A DNA stretch of 64,000 bases from a bacterium (GTDB lineage: Bacteria; Zhuqueibacterota; Zhuqueibacteria; Residuimicrobiales; Krinioviventaceae). Position numbers and translations under genes: made by a program. Location: NCBI GenBank assembly GCA_963675755.2, contig CAXXMD010000003.1, forward strand, positions 2,144,001-2,208,000, given 5' to 3'. Below the pieces are notes generated by a model, which saw only the letters and a list, made by a program, of their open reading frames with translations, was not told the origin of the DNA and searched no databases. Below, piece by piece: positions 45,711-55,128 of this stretch (position 1 is its first letter; each line of letters begins with the position of its first letter).

Positions 45711-46031
45711 TATTACTATCTATATTTTATGTAATATGTTTTCTGTTAAAAATCATTTTAATAAATCGTTTGGCAAAGATGAAATTATTTGTTATCTTTT
45801 CGACCGAGTTATTTAGGTTTGAATGAAAGAATTTTAATAAAATGATTAATTGTTTGTTAAAAAATGAAACTATTATATTTTTTTGCGTATAAGTGTATGC
45901 TGTGATGTAGGAAAATATTTTTTTGATTATTATACATACATGCTTGAATGTATAGTATGTATGTGATGTTTAAATAGATCCCTGAATACAGAGGCTGGTA
46001 TTACTGACCTTGCATATTGAACAGAGCTTTT

Positions 46032-47087
46032 ATGAAATATAGACTGTCTTTTCTTTTATTATCTTTAACCACCATGCTTTTTGCAAATGAAAGTGAATAT
46101 TATTTTTATCATGGTCTCGATTACGGTAGTGAAAGTATTATTCATCCTGTGCGGTTGATCTTGAATGGCGGCTATGGTATCATGCAGGCTGACAACCGTC
46201 CCAATTATCCATTTGACATCCATTATCAAAAAAGCTGGAATAACGTGGCTGACAATCTAAAATCCCCTATTAAAGCAATTGAAGAGTATGGTTGGGATCG
46301 TTTTTTTAAAACCGAAATTTTACCTTTCAGTATAGATAATTCGGAAGCATATTATTGGCCCAATTATACCATGCACCTTGTGGGTGGCGGGATGTCGTTT
46401 CGGATGATGGAAGAGTGGTTCAGGTACAACAATTTCAAGTTTCCCAAGCTGCATGCTTTTACAACTTTATCCATTTACCACTTGTTGAACGAAGTGGTAG
46501 AAAATGGAGATTATGTGGGTTATAATGTTGATCCTGTTGTTGATGTCTATATCTTTAATCCCCTGGGCATGATTTTGTTCAGTTCAGACAGGGTTGCATC
46601 CTTTTTTAGTCATACACTGAACATGGCTGACTGGTCGTATCAGATTGCATATAATCCTAATGATCGTTCAATATTGAACAATGGCCAAAATTTTGCATTA
46701 AAATATAAATTCAATGATAAAGTAGGGTTGTTTTATTATTATGGAAATCATGGCGAGCTGGGATTTTCCTTTTTTCAGCCGGATGGGGATTGTTACTCGT
46801 TTGGAGCGGGGCTTGCTTCAAAATCATTGGCAGAATTTGATAGTGATGTGAGGACTTTAAAGGCGAACCTTATTCTTTCATGGGGTGTCTTTTGGGACAG
46901 AAATAATTCGCTTTTGGCTTCATTTTTGTATTCAAAATCTCATGATTATAAATACAGGCTAAATGTATACCCGGGTGTTTTGCGTTTTAGTGGATTTTCG
47001 CCCGGTTTTTTTACGAGCGTAAATCATCAGGACAAGTTTATATTTGGATTAAATTTAAGAATACTCCCTTTTGGATTAGGTGGTTAA
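46032..47087 (+). CDS. Hypothetical exported protein, probable outer-membrane protein, first gene of the mla operon
   Basis: Signal peptide; aromatic-rich C-terminal half with a beta-strand pattern; overlaps the mlaE start. Confidence 0.65.
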   Translation: MKYRLSFLLLSLTTMLFANESEYYFYHGLDYGSESIIHPVRLILNGGYGIMQADNRPNYPFDIHYQKSWNNVADNLKSPIKAIEEYGWDRFFKTEILPFSIDNSEAYYWPNYTMHLVGGGMSFRMMEEWFRYNNFKFPKLHAFTTLSIYHLLNEVVENGDYVGYNVDPVVDVYIFNPLGMILFSSDRVASFFSHTLNMADWSYQIAYNPNDRSILNNGQNFALKYKFNDKVGLFYYYGNHGELGFSFFQPDGDCYSFGAGLASKSLAEFDSDVRTLKANLILSWGVFWDRNNSLLASFLYSKSHDYKYRLNVYPGVLRFSGFSPGFFTSVNHQDKFIFGLNLRILPFGLGG

Positions 47088-47877
47088 TTTGGAAATACGA
47101 AACGACAACTTTTTTGTAAAACTTGGTGAAAAGACCATTCATTTTTTTGAGAATGTTGACCAGATTGTGAGGTTAATTTTCGAAACCATTAAAGCCATAC
47201 CCAAAGTATGGTTTTACCGGAAACAATTAATTGAACAGATTTACAACTTTTCTATCAAGACCCTGCCAATAGCCAGCGTAATAGCGGTTTTTGTAGGATT
47301 GGCCTCTACAGTGCAGGGCTCATATCAGGCATCGGGTTTGGTGCCCAGGTATTTTACCATTAATGTTATTTTTAAAAGCACAATAATCGAGCTGTCGCCC
47401 ATTATTCTTTCACTGGTTCTTGCAGGTAAGATTGGAGCATCCATTGCCGCAGAGATTGGAAGTATGAAGATTTCGGAGCAAATTGACGCGCTGGAAACCT
47501 TGTCTTTTGAGCCGGTTGCATTTCTGGTTCTGCCGCGTGTTATTGCCGCATTGTTAATGCTTCCGGTGATTGTTGTGTTTGCTAATTTTGTTGCAATTTT
47601 AAGCTCTTTTTTGGGCTCTTGCGTTCTCTCCAGTTGGATACCTGTAAACGAGTTTGTTAGTGGTTTAAAATTAAAATTTAAACCCTTTGAAATTTTATAT
47701 GGCAGTGTTTACAAACCCATGGTATTTGGGTTTATTGTTTCAGTAATTGGCAGCCATTTTGGTTTAAACACCAAGGGAGGTGCTACAGGTGTGGGCAAGT
47801 CTGTAACCAATGCGGTGGTGATTTCTTCGATATTGATTGTAATTTTTGATTATTACATGGCGGAATTGTTTTTATGA
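47080..47877 (+). CDS. mlaE: MlaE-family ABC permease
   Basis: ELSP, AAEIGSMKISEQIDALE, FLVLPRV and GATGVG. Confidence 0.92.
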   Translation: MVNLEIRNDNFFVKLGEKTIHFFENVDQIVRLIFETIKAIPKVWFYRKQLIEQIYNFSIKTLPIASVIAVFVGLASTVQGSYQASGLVPRYFTINVIFKSTIIELSPIILSLVLAGKIGASIAAEIGSMKISEQIDALETLSFEPVAFLVLPRVIAALLMLPVIVVFANFVAILSSFLGSCVLSSWIPVNEFVSGLKLKFKPFEILYGSVYKPMVFGFIVSVIGSHFGLNTKGGATGVGKSVTNAVVISSILIVIFDYYMAELFL

Positions 47878-48602
47878 TACATTTACAAAGTTTGGCAAAA
47901 GCGTTTAATGGCAAGCATATTCTCAGGGATATTAACCTGGATATTTATGATAATGAAACCATGGTGATATTGGGTTCGAGTGGTCAGGGGAAAACCGTAT
48001 TGATCAAAGCAATGAATAGGCTAATAGAACCGGATAGTGGTAAAATAGTTTATGATGATACAGATATTACCAAATTAAATAAAAAAACGTATAACGAGTT
48101 TAGAAAACAGATAGGTTTTGTGTTTCAAAACAGTGCGTTGTTTGATTTTCTGACTGTTAAGGAAAACCTGAGTTTGTTTCTGTCAATGCATATGCGCATG
48201 AAATATAGAGAAATGAATGAGAGAATTGATGGTGCGCTTTCTTTTGTTGGCCTGACTCGTGATATTTTGAATAAATATCCTGAAGAGCTGAGCGGTGGAA
48301 TGCGTAAACGTGTGGCTATTGCACGCACTATGATTATACGGCCCAAATATATTTTTTATGACGAGCCTACAACAGGGCTGGACAAGATCAATTCAGAAAA
48401 AGTGAGTGAATTGATCAATATGTTGAAAACAGAAATTAATGCTACATCCATAATTGTTACACACGATATTGAATTGACCCGTGCTGTTGCTGATCGGGTG
48501 GCGCTGCTCAAGCATGGCGAGTTTACATTTGTCGGTACTATCGATCAAATTTCTCCCGACGATTTGGAAAATGTTTATAACGGAGTGGAAAATGAATTAT
48601 AA
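47874..48602 (+). CDS. mlaF: MlaF-family ABC ATPase
   Basis: GSSGQGKT, FQNSALFD, LSGGMRKRVAIAR and DEPTTGLD. Confidence 0.92.
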   Translation: MIHLQSLAKAFNGKHILRDINLDIYDNETMVILGSSGQGKTVLIKAMNRLIEPDSGKIVYDDTDITKLNKKTYNEFRKQIGFVFQNSALFDFLTVKENLSLFLSMHMRMKYREMNERIDGALSFVGLTRDILNKYPEELSGGMRKRVAIARTMIIRPKYIFYDEPTTGLDKINSEKVSELINMLKTEINATSIIVTHDIELTRAVADRVALLKHGEFTFVGTIDQISPDDLENVYNGVENEL

Positions 48603-49449
48603 AAAAATGAGTTTTATCTCGGGTATTGTGATTTTTACCAGTTTTATTATTGTGTTAATGTCAATTGTTACATTGGCAGAAAAACGCATCTTTTTTACCC
48701 GTGATTATGTGGTATATGTAAAATTTTCTGATATTAATGGATTACAGGACCATGCCAAAGTTTATATGCGTGGATACAGAATTGGCTGGACTAAGGGTAT
48801 TCAATTTGAAGATGATGGTGTTGTCGTTAAGGTAGATATTAATAAAAAATTCAGTGTTCCCATTGATTCAAAATTTGAATTAAACACAGTATCCATTCTG
48901 GGTGAAAAAGCCATTACTATTTTACCCGGAAAATCAAACGAGTATTATAAGCAGGGCGATACCACAACCGGTGAAAATAAAGATCTAATGGTTCAAGTAA
49001 AAGACATGGTTGGCGAAGTACAAGGGTACCTGGCACAAAGTGAGTTGAATACCAAATTGACCAAAGTTTCTGAAACTCTTGATTATCTTCACTCTACTCT
49101 TGCCAATGTGGATGCACAGTCCGCTAAACTGAATATGGATAGCTATAATCAACAGATTGAACGTGTGGGACTTGCTGCCAAACGTGTGGATGATCTGGTT
49201 AACAGCAATCAGGACAGTATAAAAGCTACAATTGATAAAACCAATCTTGCTTTAAACAATATCGTTCCCATGGTGGATGATATTAAACAGATTGCAGACA
49301 AGATCAATAATAACCAGGGCTCGGTTGGTGAACTGGTGAATAATAAAGAAACGATTATTAAACTCAATAGTACCATTGCCAGTTTGGATTCTCTGATTCA
49401 GGATTTACGTCAATCCCCTGGTAAATATGTTAATGTATCGGTATTTTAA
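48592..49449 (+). CDS. mlaD: MCE/MlaD-family protein
   Basis: N-terminal TM, MCE domain (GL...V..RG..IG; SILGEK) and helical C-terminus. ATG 48592 chosen. Confidence 0.88.
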   Translation: MNYKKMSFISGIVIFTSFIIVLMSIVTLAEKRIFFTRDYVVYVKFSDINGLQDHAKVYMRGYRIGWTKGIQFEDDGVVVKVDINKKFSVPIDSKFELNTVSILGEKAITILPGKSNEYYKQGDTTTGENKDLMVQVKDMVGEVQGYLAQSELNTKLTKVSETLDYLHSTLANVDAQSAKLNMDSYNQQIERVGLAAKRVDDLVNSNQDSIKATIDKTNLALNNIVPMVDDIKQIADKINNNQGSVGELVNNKETIIKLNSTIASLDSLIQDLRQSPGKYVNVSVF

Positions 49450-49562
49450 TATTTTTTGATTAATGTCTGGAGTATTTTAATACGAATTGTTATTTTGTTC
49501 AATAATGTGAATAATTAAAATTTTAGGGTGTTATTATTGAACAAAATTAACAGGAGTGTTCA

Positions 49563-49904
49563 ATGAAAAGAGTGATTTTAGCAGTATTGATTGTTTTTCT
49601 GGTAGTAATTGGAGCCATGGCAATTTTAATTACTTCAAACAAAGACAAGATTGTGAGCAAGGGATTGAATAAAATGTTCACTGAAATGGAAAATCAAATT
49701 ACTCCCAATTTACCACCGGACATTGATAAAGAGCAGGTGCACCTGGTATTTGAAAAAGCTATTGCCAAAGTACAATCCGGATATGTTCAACCCGAAAAGA
49801 TCCAGGGCATTGTTATGGTCTATAGAGAATGCGCAAAAGACAAGCAAATTGATGCTGATGAAGCCAAAAAGATTTTAAAACAGATAGAAAAATATCTGGA
49901 ATGA
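49563..49904 (+). CDS. Hypothetical protein with N-terminal membrane anchor
   Basis: 113 aa, AGGAG RBS, hydrophobic N-terminus. Confidence 0.7.
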   Translation: MKRVILAVLIVFLVVIGAMAILITSNKDKIVSKGLNKMFTEMENQITPNLPPDIDKEQVHLVFEKAIAKVQSGYVQPEKIQGIVMVYRECAKDKQIDADEAKKILKQIEKYLE

Positions 49905-51296
49905 TCAGAGCAGAGTATCTTTGATTTTCATCATGAATTCAAATGCAGCATCGTGTTCATTGGGGATATCGCCATTGAGTATGGCTTCTTCAATCGCTTT
50001 TTTCACTTTACCAACAGCGGGGCCTGGTGTTAAGCCCAGAGTTTTCATGATTTCATCGCCTTTGACCGGTGGCTGAAATTGACGCAGCCGGTCTTTTTCT
50101 TCAACTTCCAGAACACGCTCTACAACTTTATCAAAATTTTTCAGATATTTGGCCACGCGTTTGGGGTTGGATGAGGTTATATCCGCCCGGCAAAAGGTTA
50201 TAAGATCGTCTGTTTCTTCACCGGCTTCAAAGATCAATCTGCGGATTGCAGAATCGGTAACCCCTTCTTCTGCCAGTTGAATGGGGCGAAGGTGCAGTCG
50301 TGTCAGCTTTTCCACATATTTTAACAAATCATTAGACAGCTTGAGCCGGCTGAAAATAGGGGGCAGCATTCTGGCGCCCAGATCGTCATGACCGTGAAAG
50401 GTCCAGCCAATACCGGATTTATAATGCTTTGTCGCGGGTTTTGCAACGTCGTGAAACAAGCCTACCAACCGAAGTCCCATGTCATCTGTGATTTCTGCCA
50501 GATTATCGATTACTTTTAATGAATGATTAAATACGTCTTTATGGCTGTGCTTACCGATTTGGTCAACACCTTTTAAATCCGATATTTCAGGGAGAATTAC
50601 ATTCAGAATACCGGTTTTGTCCATCAAATGAAACCCAATTGAGGGTTTACTGCAGGCCATAATCTTGAGCAATTCATCAGTTATACGTTCCTGAGAAATG
50701 ATTTTTAACCGTTCATGCTCGTTTTTTAATCCTTTAAATGTATGCGGAGCTATATCGAAATCAAGTTGTGTGGCAAACCGGACTGCTCGCATAATACGGA
50801 GCGGATCATCATAAAAGGTTTTCGCGGGTTCAAGTGGTGTGCGAATGCATTTGGCCTGAATGTCTTTCTGCCCATCATAAGGATCAATGACAGTTCCATA
50901 TGAATCGGGGTTTAAAGAGACAGCAATTGCATTGACAGTAAAATCCCTGCGGGACAAGTCTGTCAGCAGGTCTGTGCTTTCCACGTAGGGTTTGCGTGAA
51001 TCATCGCGGTAGCTTTCTTTGCGGGCACCAACAAATTCAAGAATCAGATCATGATGTCTTACCATGGCGGTACCGAATTTTTTATAGATGGTAAAATCGG
51101 TTGTTCCCAGAGCTTTTGCCATATGCTCTGCAAAACGGGGACCGTCACCTTCTACTACAAAATCGATATCTTTGGATTCTATATTCAGAAAAAAATCTCT
51201 GACAAAACCGCCTACTACATATACCTTTATTCCGGTTTCCAGAGATACTTTTTGTATGGTTTCAAATATTGGGTTTTTCAGCTCTATTGTATTCAT
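49905..51296 (-). CDS. cca: CCA tRNA nucleotidyltransferase with HD domain
   Basis: VGGFVRD, DIDF, RRDFTVNA, DDPLRIMR and FHDVAKP. Confidence 0.93.
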   Translation of the reverse strand: MNTIELKNPIFETIQKVSLETGIKVYVVGGFVRDFFLNIESKDIDFVVEGDGPRFAEHMAKALGTTDFTIYKKFGTAMVRHHDLILEFVGARKESYRDDSRKPYVESTDLLTDLSRRDFTVNAIAVSLNPDSYGTVIDPYDGQKDIQAKCIRTPLEPAKTFYDDPLRIMRAVRFATQLDFDIAPHTFKGLKNEHERLKIISQERITDELLKIMACSKPSIGFHLMDKTGILNVILPEISDLKGVDQIGKHSHKDVFNHSLKVIDNLAEITDDMGLRLVGLFHDVAKPATKHYKSGIGWTFHGHDDLGARMLPPIFSRLKLSNDLLKYVEKLTRLHLRPIQLAEEGVTDSAIRRLIFEAGEETDDLITFCRADITSSNPKRVAKYLKNFDKVVERVLEVEEKDRLRQFQPPVKGDEIMKTLGLTPGPAVGKVKKAIEEAILNGDIPNEHDAAFEFMMKIKDTLL

Positions 51297-51587
51297 ACCT
51301 GTTATGTAAGTGTAAATTAACGGTTTAAATTTAATGAAATTCCATTAAAAAACCAACAGCTTTACTATGTAAATTAATCCTGAATTGTTACCAACATTTT
51401 AATATTAATTGTATGTTAAGATGATAATTTTTGAAACACACTGGCTCTCACTGCGTATGTTGGTAACTGATTAATTGTAAAAATATGTAATTAAGGTGAA
51501 ATAATACTTTTAATGTACCCGTTAATAAAACATACATATCTTTTTTACATTCCATTTGAAATTATAAATAAAGAGAAGGAGCTCGAA

Positions 51588-53999
51588 ATGTTTCTACACC
51601 GTTTAAAGATCATAACAATGATTTGTGTTTCCATTGTTGTTATGTGGGGTCCGGTTTATGGCAGCGATGTTAATATAGGTATTGTTTTTGATGGACCCTG
51701 GAGCGGTCAGATGGATTTACTTTCCGGAATAAAACAGGAAATTGGTGATTTAACACGAGGAGAATTTAGCATCAGGTATCCGTCTTCTGCAACACTAACC
51801 GGGGAGTGGGACCTGGATAGTATTGATGAGAACCTGAATACACTGTTTGCGAACGACTCGGTTGATATTATTATAACACTGGGATTTATTTCTTCTCAAT
51901 ATGTATGCCATTTGGGCCCGCTTCCCAAACCGGTTATTGCTCCTTTGATTATGGATTCCGGGTTTCAGGAATTACCCTTTGAAACCGGATCGAGTGGTGT
52001 GAAAAATTTGAATTATATCAATGCGCCTTCAACTTTTGAGCGGGATATTAAAATTTTTCAGGAAATAATTCCTTTTAAATATCTGGCAATTTTAATAAAC
52101 CAGAGTTTTGTTGACATGTATCCGGAAGAGTTGGAAGAAGCACGGGACATATTTACAAAACATGGTATAGAAGCCAAATTTGTTGGTATTGGAAAAACTG
52201 TTGGTAAAAAGATTACAGCGTTGTCCCCCTATACACAGGCAGTATATGTGTTACCACTTGCTCAATTACCTGATAGTGAATATGAAATATTGACCGATGA
52301 ATTGATCAAACGCCGTTTACCGTCATTTTCATATGAGGGATCAGTCAGGGTGAGGCAGGGGTGTCTGGTAGGTTTAAACAAGGATGATATTGTAACCCGG
52401 TTGTCTCGTCGCATTGCGTTAAATGTACAGCGGATTATTCTGGGAGATAAACCGGAAAATATACCTGTTGCTATATCCTTTGATCAGCAACTCACATTCA
52501 ACATGACCACAGGTAATGCTATAGATATTTATCCATCATGGGCGGTTATGACTGAAGCTCAGATTATCAAGACTGAAGAAGACACCGAAGAACGTGTTTT
52601 GAATCTGATGAAAACCGTACAAGAGGCTCTGGATGTGAATTTAGACCTGCTTGCAAAAGAAAGATATGTTACCGCGGGTAAAGAAAATATCAGCCTGGCC
52701 CGTGCCAATTTACTACCGCAGATTGATGTTTCTGCAACAGGTTTGCAGATTGATAAAGACCGTGCAAAAAACAGTATGGGCCAGCAGGCAGAACGGACCA
52801 TTACCGGCTCGGTTACCGCTACTCAGGTTTTGTTTTCCGAACCTGCCTGGGCCAATTTGAGTATTCAAAAAGATTTACAAAAGTCCCGTGAAAAGGAATA
52901 TGAACAATTTAAACTGGATATTGTACAGGGTTCGGCTACCGCGTATTTAAATGTTTTACAGGCCAAGGCATATGAACGGATACAACAGGAAAATCTGAAA
53001 CTAACACGTCGTAATTTGGAACTTGCGCGGGTACGTGAAATGGTAGGAAGCGCTGGCCCAGCAGAGGTTTATCGCTGGGAAAGCCAGATTGCATCAAACC
53101 GGAATGCTGTAATATCGGCAAACGCGCAGCGAAATCTTGCCGAGATCGAACTGAACCGGATACTGCATCGTCCCGCGGAAGATGGTTTTGGAACTCTGGA
53201 AGTGGATATTAATGATCCGATTCTGGTATCATCCCATGAAGAGTTGGGAAAATATATTGAAAATAAGCAGGCTTTTCGGATTTTCAGGAGTTTTATGGCA
53301 GAAGAAGCGTTACTCAATTCTCCCGAAATTGCCATGCTTGATGCGGCAATTGCTGCAAATGAACGTCTGTTAAAATCAAATATGAACAAGTTCTTTTTAC
53401 CTACAGTGGCTGTGCAGGCAGAATATGATAATGTGTTTGATCGCAGTGGTGAAGGTACAGATGGTTCTATAGATTTGTCTGCATTGCTGGGAAGAGATTT
53501 TTCTATTTCTCTTGCAGAACCTCAGGATACACAATGGAGTGTGGCGCTGAATGCTTCGTTACCGCTGTTTTCCGGAGGTGCCAGGTTTGCTGAACGCAGA
53601 CAAACCTGGGAAGAGCTGCATCAGCTTAGACTGCAGCGAGATGCTGCTGCAGAGAAAATTGAACAGCGTACAAGATCGTCATTGCATCTGCTGGGTGCAT
53701 CTTATGCTTCTATTAAACAGGCAGGGTTAGCGGCAGAAGCTGCCCGAAAATCTTTGGATGTTGTGCAGGATTCATATTCTCAGGGATTGGTTTCTATAGT
53801 GGAATTGTTGGATGCCCAAAACGCTGCCCTGGTAACTGATCAGGCCGCATCTACGGCGGTTTATGACTTTTTTATAAAGCTGATGGAGACAGAACGTTCG
53901 TTTGGAAATTTTTATTTTTTGATGGATACAAAGGAACGTGATGAACTGATTAAGAAAGCCAATAAATATTTTATGAAAAATGGATTTTATTTTAACTGA
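51588..53999 (+). CDS. TolC-family outer-membrane efflux protein with an N-terminal periplasmic-binding-protein-like domain
   Basis: C-terminal OEP repeats (ARANLLPQI, PLFSGG, ELLDAQ) preceded by about 320 aa of alpha/beta domain. ATG 51588 follows an AAGGAG RBS. Confidence 0.85.
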   Translation: MFLHRLKIITMICVSIVVMWGPVYGSDVNIGIVFDGPWSGQMDLLSGIKQEIGDLTRGEFSIRYPSSATLTGEWDLDSIDENLNTLFANDSVDIIITLGFISSQYVCHLGPLPKPVIAPLIMDSGFQELPFETGSSGVKNLNYINAPSTFERDIKIFQEIIPFKYLAILINQSFVDMYPEELEEARDIFTKHGIEAKFVGIGKTVGKKITALSPYTQAVYVLPLAQLPDSEYEILTDELIKRRLPSFSYEGSVRVRQGCLVGLNKDDIVTRLSRRIALNVQRIILGDKPENIPVAISFDQQLTFNMTTGNAIDIYPSWAVMTEAQIIKTEEDTEERVLNLMKTVQEALDVNLDLLAKERYVTAGKENISLARANLLPQIDVSATGLQIDKDRAKNSMGQQAERTITGSVTATQVLFSEPAWANLSIQKDLQKSREKEYEQFKLDIVQGSATAYLNVLQAKAYERIQQENLKLTRRNLELARVREMVGSAGPAEVYRWESQIASNRNAVISANAQRNLAEIELNRILHRPAEDGFGTLEVDINDPILVSSHEELGKYIENKQAFRIFRSFMAEEALLNSPEIAMLDAAIAANERLLKSNMNKFFLPTVAVQAEYDNVFDRSGEGTDGSIDLSALLGRDFSISLAEPQDTQWSVALNASLPLFSGGARFAERRQTWEELHQLRLQRDAAAEKIEQRTRSSLHLLGASYASIKQAGLAAEAARKSLDVVQDSYSQGLVSIVELLDAQNAALVTDQAASTAVYDFFIKLMETERSFGNFYFLMDTKERDELIKKANKYFMKNGFYFN

Positions 54000-54018
54000 T
54001 AAATTGCGTGGAGGAGAA

Positions 54019-55104
54019 ATGACTGTAAAACAAATGTTTGCAGGATTGCTTTTGACAGTATTGATTATAAACGGCTGTGAAAAGCCGGAACCGGAAGCAG
54101 AACTGATTCGTCCGGTCAGGTATACACAGGTTTTTAAATCCGGTGGAGACAGGGTCCGATCATTTACCGGTGTTGCACAATCGGGTGTAGAGTCTTTGCT
54201 CAGTTTCAAAGTTTCCGGAACGGTCAAACGTGTTGCGGTAAATGTTGGTGACACGGTGAACAGGGGCGCATTGATAGCTGAAATTGATCCCAGTGATTAT
54301 GAATTACAGGTGCAGCAGGCAGAAGCGTCCGTTGCACAGGCAGAGGCACAGGCAAGAAACGCAAATGCAGGATATGAACGGGTGCGGGCATTGTACGAGA
54401 ATAATAATGCCTCACGCAGCGATCTGGATGGTGCAAGAGCTGGGAATGAATCTGCAAATGCAGGAGTAAAAACAGCAGAAAAACAGCTTGAGCTTGCCCG
54501 ATTACAGTTGAGCTATACCCGCTTGATTGCACCCGTAAGCGGTGCAATTGCATCAGTGAATTCAGAAGTTAATGAAAATGTACAGGCTGGTTACCCCATT
54601 GTAATGCTAAGTTCGGGTTCTGATATTGAAGTAAAACTATCAGTGCCTGAGGTATTGATTTCTAAAATTAAAGAAGGTGATCCTGTCAAGGTATCTTTTG
54701 ATGCGATTCCCGGTAAAAATTATGAGGCCAGTATTACCGAAGTTGGCGTGTCTGCTGTGGATGCGGGCTCGACGTTTCCGGTGACTGTTCGATTGAGTAA
54801 AACGGATAATGACGTTCGTTCAGGTATGGCTGCAACTGTTGAGATTATGTTTCAGGCTACGAGTGATAAAGATGTCTGTATTGTGCCTACCCATGCAGTG
54901 GTAGAAGACCGTTTTGGCCGCTTTGTTTATATAGTAGAGCCCATAGCTGGTGAAGATGGCTTTGGGACTGTGAAACGCCGCAATGTAACCGTTGGCGATC
55001 TGACAGATGAAGGTATTGAAGTGTATGAAGGATTGGGCGATGGTGAAAATCTCGTAATTGCGGGTGTCAGCCGAATTCATGACGGTTTAAAAGTAAGAAT
55101 ATAA
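54019..55104 (+). CDS. RND efflux periplasmic adaptor (MFP), lipoprotein
   Basis: Lipobox INGC, SFKVSGTV, coiled-coil hairpin and LIAPVSG; GGAGGAG RBS. Confidence 0.92.
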   Translation: MTVKQMFAGLLLTVLIINGCEKPEPEAELIRPVRYTQVFKSGGDRVRSFTGVAQSGVESLLSFKVSGTVKRVAVNVGDTVNRGALIAEIDPSDYELQVQQAEASVAQAEAQARNANAGYERVRALYENNNASRSDLDGARAGNESANAGVKTAEKQLELARLQLSYTRLIAPVSGAIASVNSEVNENVQAGYPIVMLSSGSDIEVKLSVPEVLISKIKEGDPVKVSFDAIPGKNYEASITEVGVSAVDAGSTFPVTVRLSKTDNDVRSGMAATVEIMFQATSDKDVCIVPTHAVVEDRFGRFVYIVEPIAGEDGFGTVKRRNVTVGDLTDEGIEVYEGLGDGENLVIAGVSRIHDGLKVRI

Positions 55105-55128
55105 TGGCAGAATGAGGAGATTGATTTT

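Noticed and set aside
45890-45970. TGTATG/CATACA repeats upstream of the mla operon as an operator
   Set aside because: Imperfect and low-complexity, with no second instance or cognate regulator in the window.
49902-49907. Abutting convergent stop codons (TGATCA)
   Set aside because: Ordinary compact gene packing.
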